A stretch of 46,966 bases of DNA from Octopus bimaculoides (GCF_001194135.2 NC_068982.1:172808893-172855858), one strand, 5' to 3'; positions 24,706 through 36,789 are shown, counted from the first letter of the stretch. The notes: generated from the sequence alone by a model not told the origin. Numbers and translations: made by a program.

Positions 24706-25266
24706 CACACACACACATGTGCATACACTTACACACCTTTTTGAAGAAGGGTATAGTGGGTTGGCATTTTAAAGAAAATCACTTTTCATGTCTTATCTTT
24801 TTCATGTCTTGTTTTTTTTTTTTTGTTCTATTAGCACTATTTTCATTGTATTATTTCTTTTACTGTATGCCCTGGTGACAAATCAAATTTACTGTATTAT
24901 AAAATATTAAATAGATAAAATAAATAAAAGCAACAAATAGCAAAGAAATGATTATAAACACACACACTCTTAGATTATGTTCCATGTAAATTTTCCTATT
25001 TTTATCTATGTATATAGGAAAGGTTTTTATTAATAGTAGTTAGAATTTTGAACTGGAATTTTTTCAAGTGCACCGATATCTTGCAATTGTACTAAATGTT
25101 CCTTTTTCTTCATCTATTTATGTGACCGAAACAAATAAATGGAAAAGAAAGTTAAGTAGCTGAGAGGGTGAAGGTACTGAAATGCTGATCAGATAATCAT
25201 GAATTCAAACCTTGTTTCAGGCTAGTTGTCTTATGGCCTGATCAGTAGGTCTTGCCCATTTAAAGT

Positions 25267-25498
25267 TTAATCCTTTTGCGTTTTAACTGACTTTATCCAG
25301 CCCAAATATTCTACCTGTCTTTACACTGTTCTAACCAGCCAGATTTTACCTCCCTCACATGCCCTGCAATGTCATTCTGAAAATAAACAATCATATCATT
25401 GAATTGTTGAACATGGGAGATAAGGCATGATTAATTCAAAACAATGTGAATAAATGAGCTTTACATTTGACAGAGTAATCCGAGTGGCAAAGGGTCGA
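25267..25498 (+). mobile_element. piggyBac-like MITE
   Basis: ttaa-tccttttgcgtt ... gtggcaaaggg-tcga (right TTAA mutated). The body is homologous to the 14421 and 19020 copies. Confidence 0.75.
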
Positions 25499-25799
25499 GT
25501 GAATTAAGGATTGTTATGATAAATATTATTTGGTTAAAATCTTGTCCTAGACATGTAGTAAGTTCATAGGAGAGATATACAACTTCATACAGAGAACTGT
25601 TAATGAATTTAATGTTTAATTGAAATTACACCATTTTGACATGAGAAAAGATAATCTTAATGACTTATTCTAGTGAAGAAAGGTGGGCATGATGGAATAA
25701 CCTCCTTTCTCTCCCCTACTAAAGAAAAGAGTTGAGCCAATCAATGGTCAATGCTACCATTCTTGTTATTTTGCCCTCCCCACTTCCTCCTATAGTTTT

Positions 25800-26510
25800 G
25801 GATTCAGTCTTGCTGAGGTGCAGTATTTTGTGGAAGTTTCTTGTATTATAGTACCAGGCTAAGCAAAGTTTTGTGAGTGGATTTGGTAGACAGAAACTGC
25901 AAGAAACCCATGTTTGTATGTGTATATGTATCCATGTTTTTTTCTCTCTCCATCACTTAGCAAAGCAGTGTCCCCAGCATGGCTGCAGTCCAATGACTGA
26001 AACAAGTTAAGGATAAAAGATACAATATAAAACATTCAGATGTATCTCTTACAAGTTAACCTTGTTATGAAAAGTTGACACTAGCTAAACCACAATTTTT
26101 TTTCCCTCTCTGTGGTCAGGGGGGAAAAAAAGTAAGCAGAAAGGATGCTTGACTAGTTTCAGTCTTTGCTAAAGCTTCGTCAGAGATCAGTTATTCAGTC
26201 TTGGTTTCATAAAGACTTGTAGAACAGTGCATATATTATTCTAGTTTCAGTCATTAGACTGCAGTCATGCTGGAGCATCACCTTAAAGGGTTTTAGTCAA
26301 AGAAAATCGACCTCCAGGACTGATTCGATTGGTCTCTTTTGCCGGGCAGCTAAGTTATATATATATATATATATATATAAATGTTTCAGGGGCACTACCT
26401 TGGATGGTTTAGTCAATCAAGATTCTATTAGTTACTTGTTACCGCACCACTGACTTAGAGGAATGTAAACAAACCAACACCGGTTGTTAAAACACACACA
26501 CACACACACA
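25800..26510. mobile_element. SINE family A inverted pair: 25800-26020 (+) and 26238-26510 (-, two fragments)
   Basis: cagcatggctgcagtccaatgactgaaacaag on +, and tttcagtcattagactgcagtcatgctggagca on the opposite strand. Confidence 0.8.
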
Positions 26511-27888
26511 GCTATAGTTTAATCATGGTGTCTCCTTTTTCACAGTAAAGATAGTTATGTGTTCACTAAAAAGATATGTTGGTTTCTTTCTTTGATGCCT
26601 ACATACCTCATCAGTTGCAGGCCTTATAATTAATCTATATGTGTATAGACTCGCGTCAGCGTCTTAGTTTCAAGCATTCTCCATGAGACTTCAGTTAATG
26701 TCAGTTTTAACCAAATCATTTTATCTAAATTTAAAGCTTCTTTTTAATTTATCTTTTTTTATTTAAATTTTGTACATAAATTAGGAATAAAATCTCATTA
26801 GCTTATATTTTATTTGACAGCCTTAAAAACGAATAGTTGTTTGTTCCTCATCCACTACTTTAAAATCATTTTGTTTGTACATCGAGAAACGATCATTTTT
26901 AAAAACATATTTCTTTCTTTCAAAACAGCACAATTTTAGTTGAATATCATCAACAATCTATTTTTCTTCATCGTTAAACACACACAAATTACTGCAAATG
27001 GACGAATAAACTGACTTTTCTTACTATTTAACTTTTATATATTAACTTTCACTCCTTCCTTCTACACTATATTATGTGTGTGTGTATCTCTCTATCTATC
27101 TATCTATCTATCGTTTATACATAGGTGCGTGCGTGTACATAACGTTGTTTTTAAAACTCGTTTTGCTGATTAATAGTACCTTTCGTTTTATCTTTTATCT
27201 ATTAATACGAAATGGGAGGTATTGTTTAGTTACATTACCTTAGTGTGTTACAAGTAGTTTCTATTCCAACACCTCCCATCTCACTCAGTCACCCAAATTC
27301 GAGAAGAATCACATACATCATATTGGTCGTCGTCAGATCGTAGACCGAAGCAAAAACGGTTTGATGCATTTGCTTCGTGTTCCCATTTACTCTAATGGTC
27401 TGCTACCAGCCAACTCGGCTGTGTGTGTAGTAGTCTTTTAACATTCTAGAAATAGCAGCCAAATCTCTTTGAAATCATATTCTTTACTGCAAGCATTGAC
27501 CAGCTATTTTTCCGAGAAGCGGGCCGCTGAAAAGACATGGCTCATCATCTGGCGGTTCGCACTACTTAAGAAAAAAAATTCAAGGTATTTTTTCCTTAGG
27601 CGTGCCATTCTGAAAGGCCCGCTGGCCGCAATTTATCGACAAGCTACAGCGACAAATTAGATAATGTATATGATGCACTGGCTACGAAGAGAAAAGGCTA
27701 GGATGATGTTGATTAAAAAAAAAATCGTCTTTGGTCATAGGTCTGCGTTCGATGTAGTCTGAGTTGAGGTCTAGCCACAACTGGTTTAACTACTTCCACA
27801 ATGCTATTTTGTAATGAATAAATATTTAATAATGTTTATTCAAATCTTTCAATGTTGATTCTGCATCCCTACTCTTAATTGATAAAGT

Positions 27889-28483
27889 ACGGCATGGTTG
27901 TGTAGTTAAGCAAAGAACTTCCATATTCAAGCGCACTGCGTGGCACCTTGGGCAAGTGACTACCCTCTACCATAGTCTCGGCTTGACCAATAATGCATTG
28001 TGAGTGGAATTCGATTTATAACTTCGCTAAGAAAGCTGAAGTTACTTGCTGTGTTTGTTCCGCGCCAAATTTATGCAGACGTTCCCAGCACCGTCAGAAT
28101 TACAGTGAATTGGGTCTGTTAAATGCCAGTAGCCAACGACGCTATTGTTCACCGACTGCACTATAAAACAACTTTTACCTTTTACTTGTTTAAGCCAAGT
28201 GGACTGCGGCCTTGCTGAGACACCGCCTTGACTAACATATCGATTCCTGTACTTATCTTTTTAAAACCTGGTACTTATTCTATATGGGAACGTAAACAAA
28301 CGAACGCTGGTTGTCAAACGTAGGTGGAGAACAAATACACACACACGGGTTTCGTTTAGTTTCTCTGTCAAACACACTCATAAAGTTTCGGTTGGCATGG
28401 GCTATAGTAGAAAACATCAGTTGCTTAAGGTACCGCGCACTGGGACTGAACCTAAGACCAATATGGTTGGGAAACAAGTTTCT
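27889..28483. mobile_element. SINE family A inverted pair: 27889-28010 (+, 5' part) and 28172-28483 (-)
   Basis: cactgcgtggcaccttgggcaagtg on +; ttgcttaaggtaccgcgcactgggactgaacc on the - copy. Confidence 0.8.
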
Positions 28484-28818
28484 GGTAATTTTCTGTCATT
28501 AGGGATTAAACCAACTGCATTCTCACTCTTTAAAATTATCTCCCCTCTTCGCTATAACGAGAAATTTGTATTTGATTTATTTAATAATTTGTTACAACCA
28601 CCTCGCTTTTTCTCTCCATAGCTAACTTCTTTACGTCCCTACACATTTTGCCTCTTGTAAGTTGAGTTCTAACTGCCGGAAAAGATAAATAGATAAAGAT
28701 AAAATAAAATATTATTAGTATTGTTCGTCACCGTACAATGCGAATAACAATGGGCCTTTTGATTCTCCCGTGCCCTATTTCTAGCAATAATGACACCTGT
28801 TGACACCCACATTCATAC

Positions 28819-28853
28819 CTTGAAGGACTTTCTCTTCAACTGTAGTTAAGAAT
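28819..28853 (-). CDS. Candidate 35-nt exon
   Basis: tcttgctgtcatcacctag|ATTC...CTTCAAG|gtatga. Only one frame is open, (R)FLTTVEEKVLQ, phase 2 in and phase 1 out, which fits both neighbouring candidate exons. Confidence 0.5.
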
Positions 28854-29332
28854 CTAGGTGATGACAGCAAGATTTCTTGGCCTCGTGTATTGCATACACA
28901 CGCACCACCGAGAGTCTCTAATAGTTGTCACTAACTTTTTTTTAAATTTTATTTTCCCCTTCTAAGAGGTAAATTCTAAATGTTGGCATATATTAATCAG
29001 TATAGTCTTACTTGAATGATGTAAATTCATGTCATTAGCTCATTTGATCTATTTTTCTCCGTTCACCTTCTCTCCCTCTCTCAACGGAGTAGAAAAAGTT
29101 CAGAGAACTATTGACTTGCTGGCAACAAATGGGTTTTCTCTTCGAGTAGAGGACAAATTCTGACACCTCTTGGCGGACGCATAGCTCGCCGTTGTTCGGA
29201 AAGGATCGATGGGCCATGCTTTCGCAGTCCGTATTCGTACTGAAAATCGAGATCGAGCGAGCGAGCTTTTGCCCTTTTGCTCCACGTGTGGTTTCCGTCC
29301 ACGCTGAGCTCGCCTTGGGACACCTGCGTTAC

Positions 29333-29528
29333 CGAAGAGCGATGTTACATGGCAGTAAAACAAATGCATCGAATGTATGAAGGGGGTAACCTGGACAAGG
29401 GGAAACGAAGCGATCATGTTCCGCTGGAGGTGTATGACATTGTGGTGCATGGACAGGGAAAAGTGGATTAACCAAATAGGAATAGTCAGTGCAAAAGAGA
29501 TTGGTCAAAGAAGGGGACATGATAAAGT
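29333..29528 (-). CDS. Candidate 196-nt coding exon of an unidentified protein
   Basis: Strong acceptor gtttttggccccttgttgcag| and donor cg|gtaacg. The only frame open over the whole exon is (x)FIMSPSLTNLFCTDYSYLVNPLFPVHAPQCHTPPAEHDRFVSPCPGYPLHTFDAFVLLPCNIAL(R). Confidence 0.5.
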
Positions 29529-30611
29529 CTGCAACAAGGGGCCAAAAACTGACGTAGTGTGATAATGGTGTGTGTGTGTGTACTCTTTTACGAGTTCTTG
29601 ATCATGGCTTTGGCCATGCTGAACACGGGCATTACACACACGCACACAGAATTTGATTTTTGCTAGATAATCTGGCTATGAAGTAGAAAGGGGGTTGTTA
29701 GAAACCCGATAGCAACTGACTTAATATTTAAGTGGAAGAGTTTGAAATAGCAGTGCATTCATACATACATACAAACACACACGCATAACCACAAGATTTT
29801 TTACTGGAGTAATTGTTTACTGTTTTATTTAAGTTGGTGTTTCTTTCTCTCTCTCTCTCTCTTTTTCTTTTTTTTCTTTTTCTCGTACTGAGAATAAATT
29901 TTTTTGTCTGAGTCAGCAGTAAGAAGTTGCTACAATATAATCTTTATGTGTGTGTTAGGTTAGGCTAATTACATACCAGGAAACACTGCTTTTAACCTGT
30001 GTGCGTGATTTTTTTGTTTTGTTTTTGTTTTTTAATTCTTGATTCTTTCTATCTCTCTCTGCAAAGGAGGAAGAAGAGGGAAAAAAAATATGTGGACGTG
30101 GTGGAGGATAGTTTCGTAGTTTTGTTTGTTAGATGGCTTTGTAGTGAGGTGACGCGGTGGTTTGCTGGCTGGATGTTGAAATATGTGAAGAGATATTCGT
30201 TTCGGTGTTATTTCGTTGGGGAGAAAAAAAAGTGCTCTGAAAATATCTTTTCCCGTGTTTTTAGAGGTGGGGGTTTAGTTGTCTTTAATGGAGAAATGAT
30301 GGTGATTTTTCTTTCTAGAAATCTATGATTTTGCTTTGAGAACATGGTTTACAGCCACCTAAAAACAACGGTGACTTGTTGTTTAGNNNNNNNNNNNNNN
30401 NNNNNNNNNNNNNNNNNNNNNNNNNNNNNNNNNNNNNNNNNNNNNNNNNNNNNNNNNNNNNGCGATCAAACCCGATTTATTTATTTTAGTCTTAAGTATA
30501 TCTAGAAATGTGAACGCAAGCATACGGTAGGATTTGGTGCATTCGTTAATCGTACAGTGCTCTTATTGCTTATAGCGGTAAGCTTTACTTTCGTTACCTA
30601 TTTAGTTGAAA

Positions 30612-30784
30612 ATGGCTTCAAATTTTGGCACATGGGTAAGCAGTTTCGGAAGAAGCGGTAAATCGATTACATCAACTCTGATGTTCATTTGGTACTTATC
30701 TTATCGATCCTGAAAGGACGAAAGGCACAGTCGACCTTGGCAGAATTTGAACTCAGTGTAAAGACTGATGCCAGCTCGCCGCCT
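30612..30784 (-). mobile_element. SINE family C with an internal deletion
   Basis: aattttggcaca...ggtacttatcttatcgatcctgaaaggacgaaaggcacagtcgaccttggcagaatttgaactcag...ccagctcgccgcctt. Confidence 0.85.
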
Positions 30785-30954
30785 TGTTAGGTGAAAATAT
30801 TAATGCAAAATGTTCCTTCATTAATTTAAGGCCATCCTTTTGAGCTCAGTGCCCATACTTCTCAACAGTTGGGTAGGTGTACTGAAGATAGGAAAGCATA
30901 TTTTATCGTCGAAAAATACGGAACGAAACGAGTATGGAATCGAACTCTTATATA

Positions 30955-31082
30955 CAGGGTGTCCACAAAGTCTGGGTACATGGGGAATTAACACATACTT
31001 TAAGAAATTATTATTTCTTATATTCAATTGTTTATGTTACGATTTTATTTACTCCATGTACCCAGACCTTGTGGACACCCTG
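30955..31082. mobile_element. Tc1/mariner-type MITE, 128 bp
   Basis: 29-bp terminal inverted repeats cagggtgtccacaa(a/g)gtctgggtacatgg with one mismatch, flanked by TA at 30953-30954 and 31083-31084. Confidence 0.95.
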
Positions 31083-31796
31083 TAGAGTATTTACAAGCCA
31101 TTTCAGTTTTTTAAACATAACATGGAACCAATAACTGCGTGTCCATATGGGCACCAGTTGGCTTCTAAAATATTAGTCAATTCCTCCCCGCGTCATACCG
31201 TGTTAAAAACTAATACGTCGCATAAAATAGTCATAGATAATAAATTAGGATAGTCTTGGGACTAAANNNNNNNNNNNNNNNNNNNNNNNNNNNNNNNNNN
31301 NNNNNNNNNNNNNNNNNNNNNNNNNNNNNNNNNNNNNNNNNNNNNNNNNNNNNNNNNNNNNNNNNNNNNNNNNNNNNNNNNNNNNNNNNNNNNNNNNNNN
31401 NNNNNNNNNNNNNNNNNNNNNNNNNNNNNNNNNNNNNNNNNNNNNNNNNNNNNNNNNNNNNNNNNNNNNNNNNNNNNNNNNNNNNNNNNNNNNNNNNNNN
31501 NNNNNNNNNNNNNNNNNNNNNNNNNNNNNNNCTTGCCTGACGTCAACGAAGTAGCCTTTGATGTAGTCGTTCGACCTGCTAGAAATAACAGCCAAATAAC
31601 TTCAGTTCACAGCCTAATGTCTTAGAAACGGTATTATGTGGTATTGAGTTCTCTGTCTCGTATAGGAAAAGATGGCGATCAAGGCTGCTGTATCTGTGAG
31701 CATGGATCTGTTCAAATCAGGCTTGATCCGGGGCGTAACAAGGACAGCAGCAATCTAGCTCATTATTTATAACCTATTGATTTTACTGCATAAATA

Positions 31797-32355
31797 CAGG
31801 TCCAGCCCGCGAAATTTTTCCCCCACGAGAGTTCCGGACCCCAGTTGTGAACTCATTTGTATACAGCCAATCAGAGCTCAACTATCAAACTAATTTATGA
31901 GCGCATAGCAAGTGATGGGCGATAAGATAAAGGTCACTTGGTTAAGAAATGACCATGCTTCTTTTCTCTTTTAATAATGCTTATTGTTCTTGTTGTTGTT
32001 TCAACCATGGCTGCCTCTGCGTAGTTATTTGTGTTGTTGTTTACTTTGTAAAACAGTAAGGTGAGAGGGTTGATAGCACATCACCATCTACCCACATCAT
32101 TACGATATGGGGACCTAACAAAATCCGTTAATAGGTATAGATGCAAATCTGTTTAATTACTTGTCTCCTAAAATCAGACTTAACTTGGCGATCGGTCGAC
32201 TTAGAGCACCATTCTTCGTTTTTGAGTTTATTTGGTAGAGTGTTTTTGCTAACCTGACAACAAGGTGAAGGTGAGCTCTGATTGGCTGTAATGCAACTGA
32301 GTTCGTTACTGGGGTCCGGAACTCTCGTGGGAAAAAAAATTCGCGTCCGGCCCTA
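31797..32355. mobile_element. Foldback MITE with about 90-bp inverted repeats and hAT-like ends
   Basis: Left arm caggtccagcccgcgaaatttttcccccacgagagttccggaccccagt...cagccaatcagagctca. The right arm is its reverse complement, ending cgcgtccggcccta. No 8-bp target duplication is recognisable. Confidence 0.85.
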
Positions 32356-33425
32356 TTCTGGAAGATGATTACCCCCCCCCTCACTAATTCTCTAAATTCA
32401 AAAGTTTTGTAAACAAGTTCTCTGTATCTATCAATGTAGCAGTTAATATATGGAAAACACTACTATTTTAGAAGTAAGCACCAATGACTTCGCATTAATT
32501 CCCCCAACCATGTTTATTAATTTTATTTTACAGTATTATGCAGTTATTTTAGCCATTATCTTTTATGCATTTTTATGAAGCTCTATGTACGTTTTTAGAC
32601 AAAATAGGTTCGAATTCTTATATTTTAGCGCTACATAATTTTGCATGTAAATGTATAGATAGATAGATATAGTCTGTTTATTTGCTCTGAGAAGCAAGGC
32701 TTCCGAATACAGAATATAGTACTCAATACTTCAAGAAATAGAGAGTTATGTAGGTTTATTTAATTGCTAGTTAGTTTACAGAACTAATCCTATATTGATC
32801 CTTGCAATCATGTTCACAGATTAGCTATGGACATGATAGCTTGGATCGAAACAGGATTAACTCTGTAAACTAGCCACTAATAAAATAACCTACATATTCG
32901 TTTTGTGTACATATACTTACAGACAACGAAACAAAATTGAAGAAAACTAATTTCTAACAACCGAAATATCGAGTTTTCGGTGTTCATCTTGATCAAGGTT
33001 TTTTAATTTTTATATCGTTGTTGTGGTTATTATTTGAAGCCATGCTAATAGCCAGAAGTAAAATGCTCTGTCATTGTGGAACTACTGTTTGGGGCCTGTA
33101 TTGCCTTCGTCTATCTATATAGCGCTACTGAATAGATAAGGGACCACGGACGCCTAATGAACAGTTATTGGCTGTTTCTTTTCATCTAATTCTTTTGATT
33201 GGTTCCTTACTAGCTCTGATTCATCCAGCGTTCCAATCCTGCCCATCATAAGACTTCTTGGCTGCCTTAAGTACTTCTGAGGCCACAATATCCAGAGTGT
33301 TCCCCCCCCCTTTTTTTAAAATTCGGTTATGGGTAAATTGTAAGAGATTTGTCTGTTATCGCTTGCCTGTTGAGTAACAATATAAATGTCCCTTGACTCG
33401 AACAAGTACTTACCGGCGGCATTGT

Positions 33426-33704
33426 TGTAGGTCCCCAAACTTTTTGGGCCACTGCTCCTCTCACAGCCACATAATACTCTCAGCTGTATAAATAAATATT
33501 CTATATTTTACTAATTTATACTATGAATCATTTGATATTTAATATAATATTATATAATTTGTATACTATTATAATAAATTCATATCGTCCCCCAATCCAC
33601 TGCCTTTCTACCGCTTCTCCCCACCGCTCCTTTAGGCACCAGCGCTCTCCTGGACCGTCTCAACGCCCACCATAGGGCGGTAGCGTCCACTTTGAGAATT
33701 TATT
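33426..33704. mobile_element. Degenerate hAT-like MITE
   Basis: Left ggtccccaaactttttggg and right ccactttgagaa resemble hAT termini of the CAGTGGTnCnCAAA type. The core is AT-rich and no TSD is seen. Confidence 0.5.
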
Positions 33705-34499
33705 TTGTAGGTAGTGGTTAGTTGTGGGGATGATGATAGAATCGCGATAGAATGGCTTTGTCGCTATTATTACAACCTGGAAGTTGGGAGAGAAACGGAG
33801 ATCACAAGGTCGATTTTGTTAGCATATTATAATTCTTTTTTTTTTCTCGTCCAATGCGTTTGACAGATTTTACAAGTTGGGAATTTTGTTTTTAATATGA
33901 CCGTTTCCCTCCCCCCCCCCGCAATTCCGTCGTGGGAAACACTGTAACAGGGTTTAGATGATATAAGCATGATTGTTTTGCTGGTATAGCGGATTTGTAG
34001 CGCGGACATAAATATTTTCAGTACACTGGGGATTACCGAAAAAGATTTTGCTGCTGCTGTGTGTCCGTATGCACCCCCCCCCCACACACTATCTCTCTTT
34101 CTTATTGCAAGGATGATTAGCGTCGCCGTCTAGTTCCAATCATGTCAGATATTGCATTGATGATTTGTTGAAAAATGAAAGTAGACTTGAAAGAAAGCGT
34201 GTTAGTGAAATAACTGAGAAAAGGGAGTTCAAAAGTCTTCGCTTCTACAATAGCATAACTATCCTAGTCATCATTCAAAGCTAATCAACGAGCCTCTTGT
34301 CATCTGTCGACGTGATAAAACTGCCAAATCTTCTGAAATCGTACCTCGTAGGACCCGTTAGATTACACAGTTTGGGTTCCTTGCACATTAGGTTAAAAAA
34401 AAAAATATATACGCGGTGGCCTTGGATATTTTTGATCTGGGATCAAAAATAAGCTTGCTCGACCAGCGCTGGCTTGGAGCTTAAACAACAGTTAACTCT

Positions 34500-36451
34500 T
34501 ACCTTTTACAAAATATACATCGAAACACACGCACAAGCAACAAACATAGCTCCTTCTCTCGTGTTTTTTTTTTTCTCTCTCTAATTTGTCATAAACTCAC
34601 TACATCACCTCCTCTGTCCCATCCTCCCTATCTACTCACCCTCCACCGACATTATACACACTGTTCGAACTTGTTCTTAAACATTGTTGTTCCTGGTTAT
34701 TCGTATGTCAGGTGTTGTTTTATAATATAACAAGTTAGTAGAGAGAGAGAGAGAGAGAAAGACAAGAGAGCTGTAATTTGCTGCGTCGTCGCTGCTGACT
34801 AAAAAAAAACTCTACAGGTAAATAATAACACCAAAAAAGAAAAACAAAGACGGCAGAACAATAAAAACAAAATACCAGAATGTGTGTTTTGACGGGGAAA
34901 GGTGGTAAATTGAATGTCGTGGACAGTTTTTTTTTCTTCTTCCCCCCTCTACCCTGCACACATTTTTTTTTTCGTTCCACCATCTCCCCTGCAGGAGAGA
35001 ATTTGTATGTGGGTAGTTTATAATGTTTGGTACTTGCTTGATTTTCCCCCCTTTCTTTCTCTCTCTCACATACACACGCACACTCGCACATACATGGATG
35101 CGCTCGTACACGCGCACGGACAGGCATATATATACATACGCATGCGCACATACACACATGCATACATGTGTGTGTGTTACTTATGCTTTTTGTCCTGTGT
35201 TTGTGGTGTGGTGATGACATGATATCTGAAGTGGTATTCGCATAATAAAAATGTGTGTGCCTGGTGGTGATGGTCGCAGTCCTTGTCTTGTTTTTTTTTG
35301 TATTTTTTGTTTGTTATTTTTTTTCTTTAATTTCATACCCAAGTGTTTTTGGTATTTATTATTCCTGTTGTCGATGATAGTTGTTTTCTACTATTACAAC
35401 TGCTGCTCGTGTTGTAGTTGGTTTGTAAACTATTTAAATTCCAAGCTTGTCGTTAGCCCTTCCCACTCACTCACACACACACACCAACAAAACAAAACAA
35501 AAACAAAATCCATAAAAGTAAGGCAAAAACTACTATATAGCAGAAGGAACAAAAAAGAAAGAGAAAAAAAACAACATTCCAATGAAATCACTTTCTCTTT
35601 CCAATAATTACCACTGTGGACTGTTTTGTTATTTGTTGGTTACTAAAAGTAAAAAAAAATAGGGGGAACACTAATACATACTCACATACACACAACGCAT
35701 TCTTTTATCTGTTGTTCGTGTTTATATTTTTAGGGTTTTTTCTTTGTTTCGCGCGCGTGTGCGTAGAGTATTTTATTCTTTGTTTTGTTTCGTTTTGTTT
35801 TTTGTTTTGGAGTGTTGTCTTTTTGTTTCCTTCTTACCCTCTCATTAAGCTCTCGTGGCGCCTCTATTCCTTCTCATTGAATTCTTTATTTCTCGCTACA
35901 CATTCGTTAGTCCTCTCCCTTAGTCTCTCTTTCTCTCTCTCTCTCTCTAATTTAGTAACCTTTTTCTATTCCTGAAGAAGTTTCTTTAATTTGTTTTTAA
36001 TTGTGTGTGTGTCCAAGTGTTAATGTTCTGTGTTGCCATTTTATTTATTCAATTTAAATCTCTCCTCATACATATACACACACACTTTCTTCCCCCCCTC
36101 CCCCTCCACCACTCTATTAAACACACACACAGGCTATATTTTCCGCTGCTGTCCACCTTTACTCGTTTCTAATGTCTTTTCATCATTTCTCCTGAGATAT
36201 TTTGTCTCGTCCCCTCCACCAACTCCCCCGTCGCCAAACCATTGCCGCCGCCTCCGCCTCTACTGTCACGAGGTGTTACATTTCTTTCCGTCGTTAGACT
36301 GGATGTCTCCTTCCTGGAAACCACCTCCACCACCGGTTCTCCTGACAACTACACGTTCTCCTCTCTCTGACTCATCAGATCTTAATGACCCATCTTTCTG
36401 GCTCCTCTGAGGTGTCGGCTACTTCAACCTTCACATGTACATCCGTGCCCA

Positions 36452-36490
<39 letters not shown>

Positions 36491-36700
36491 TTCTCTCTGT
36501 CTCTATCTCTTTCCTACACACACACACACCTTCCCTCACTCAATTCCTCCAACTCGTGATGTCCCCCCCCCACCTCTTCTGTCCTGCTCGTAAGATGTCC
36601 TCCCATGCGTTCCTGAGATGACCTCCTTTTTTTTTCACAGACTCTCACTCTCTTTCTTTCTCACTCTACTCTCTCTCTCTCTCTCACACAGTTGAAGTGG
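34500..36700. promoter_or_regulatory. Putative promoter/5' UTR region
   Basis: CpG-retaining unique sequence, a GC-rich patch (gccgccgcctccgcc near 36245) and GA/CT tracts, lying upstream of the candidate ATG exon. Confidence 0.4.
34640..34652 (-). CDS. Candidate alternative first coding exon (Met-Ser-Val-Glu)
   Basis: tata-ATG TCG GTG GAG G|gtgagt: A at -3 and a consensus donor. The phase 1 end joins the 29528 exon as MSVEDFIMSPSL. Confidence 0.4.
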
Positions 36701-36789
36701 CCAAGCATTGTACTTAACTGCTTCTCATGGAGTCGTAGGTTCAATTTCCTGCACACTGTTTACGTTTGATTTGAGTTACTTTGGTGATA

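Noticed and set aside
26575-26614. Perfect CTGATGA on the minus strand with GAAA downstream
   Set aside because: No helix I, II or III pairing in the right register, so it is not a hammerhead.
28746-28763. Sox site (AACAATGG) next to a TCF-like site (CCTTTTGAT)
   Set aside because: The TCF site has an extra T, and a single short motif pair is expected by chance.
29360-29390. TFDAFVL resembling TIR-domain box 1
   Set aside because: The following residues lack the rest of the TIR pattern (no xDxxxV or RDxxPG-like box).
33211-33276. Reading the in-frame UGA as selenocysteine
   Set aside because: No CxxU or other selenoprotein context, and no SECIS element identified.
34114-34284. Plus-strand 55-codon stretch ...CIDDLLKNESRLERKRVSEITEKREFKSLRFYNSITILVIIQS*
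   Set aside because: No Met, no in-frame acceptor and no homology recognised. It is antisense to the preferred model.
34427-34451. Perfect 11-bp inverted repeat tatttttgatc-tgg-gatcaaaaata
   Set aside because: AT-rich, short and adjacent to a SINE remnant. There is no evidence of function.
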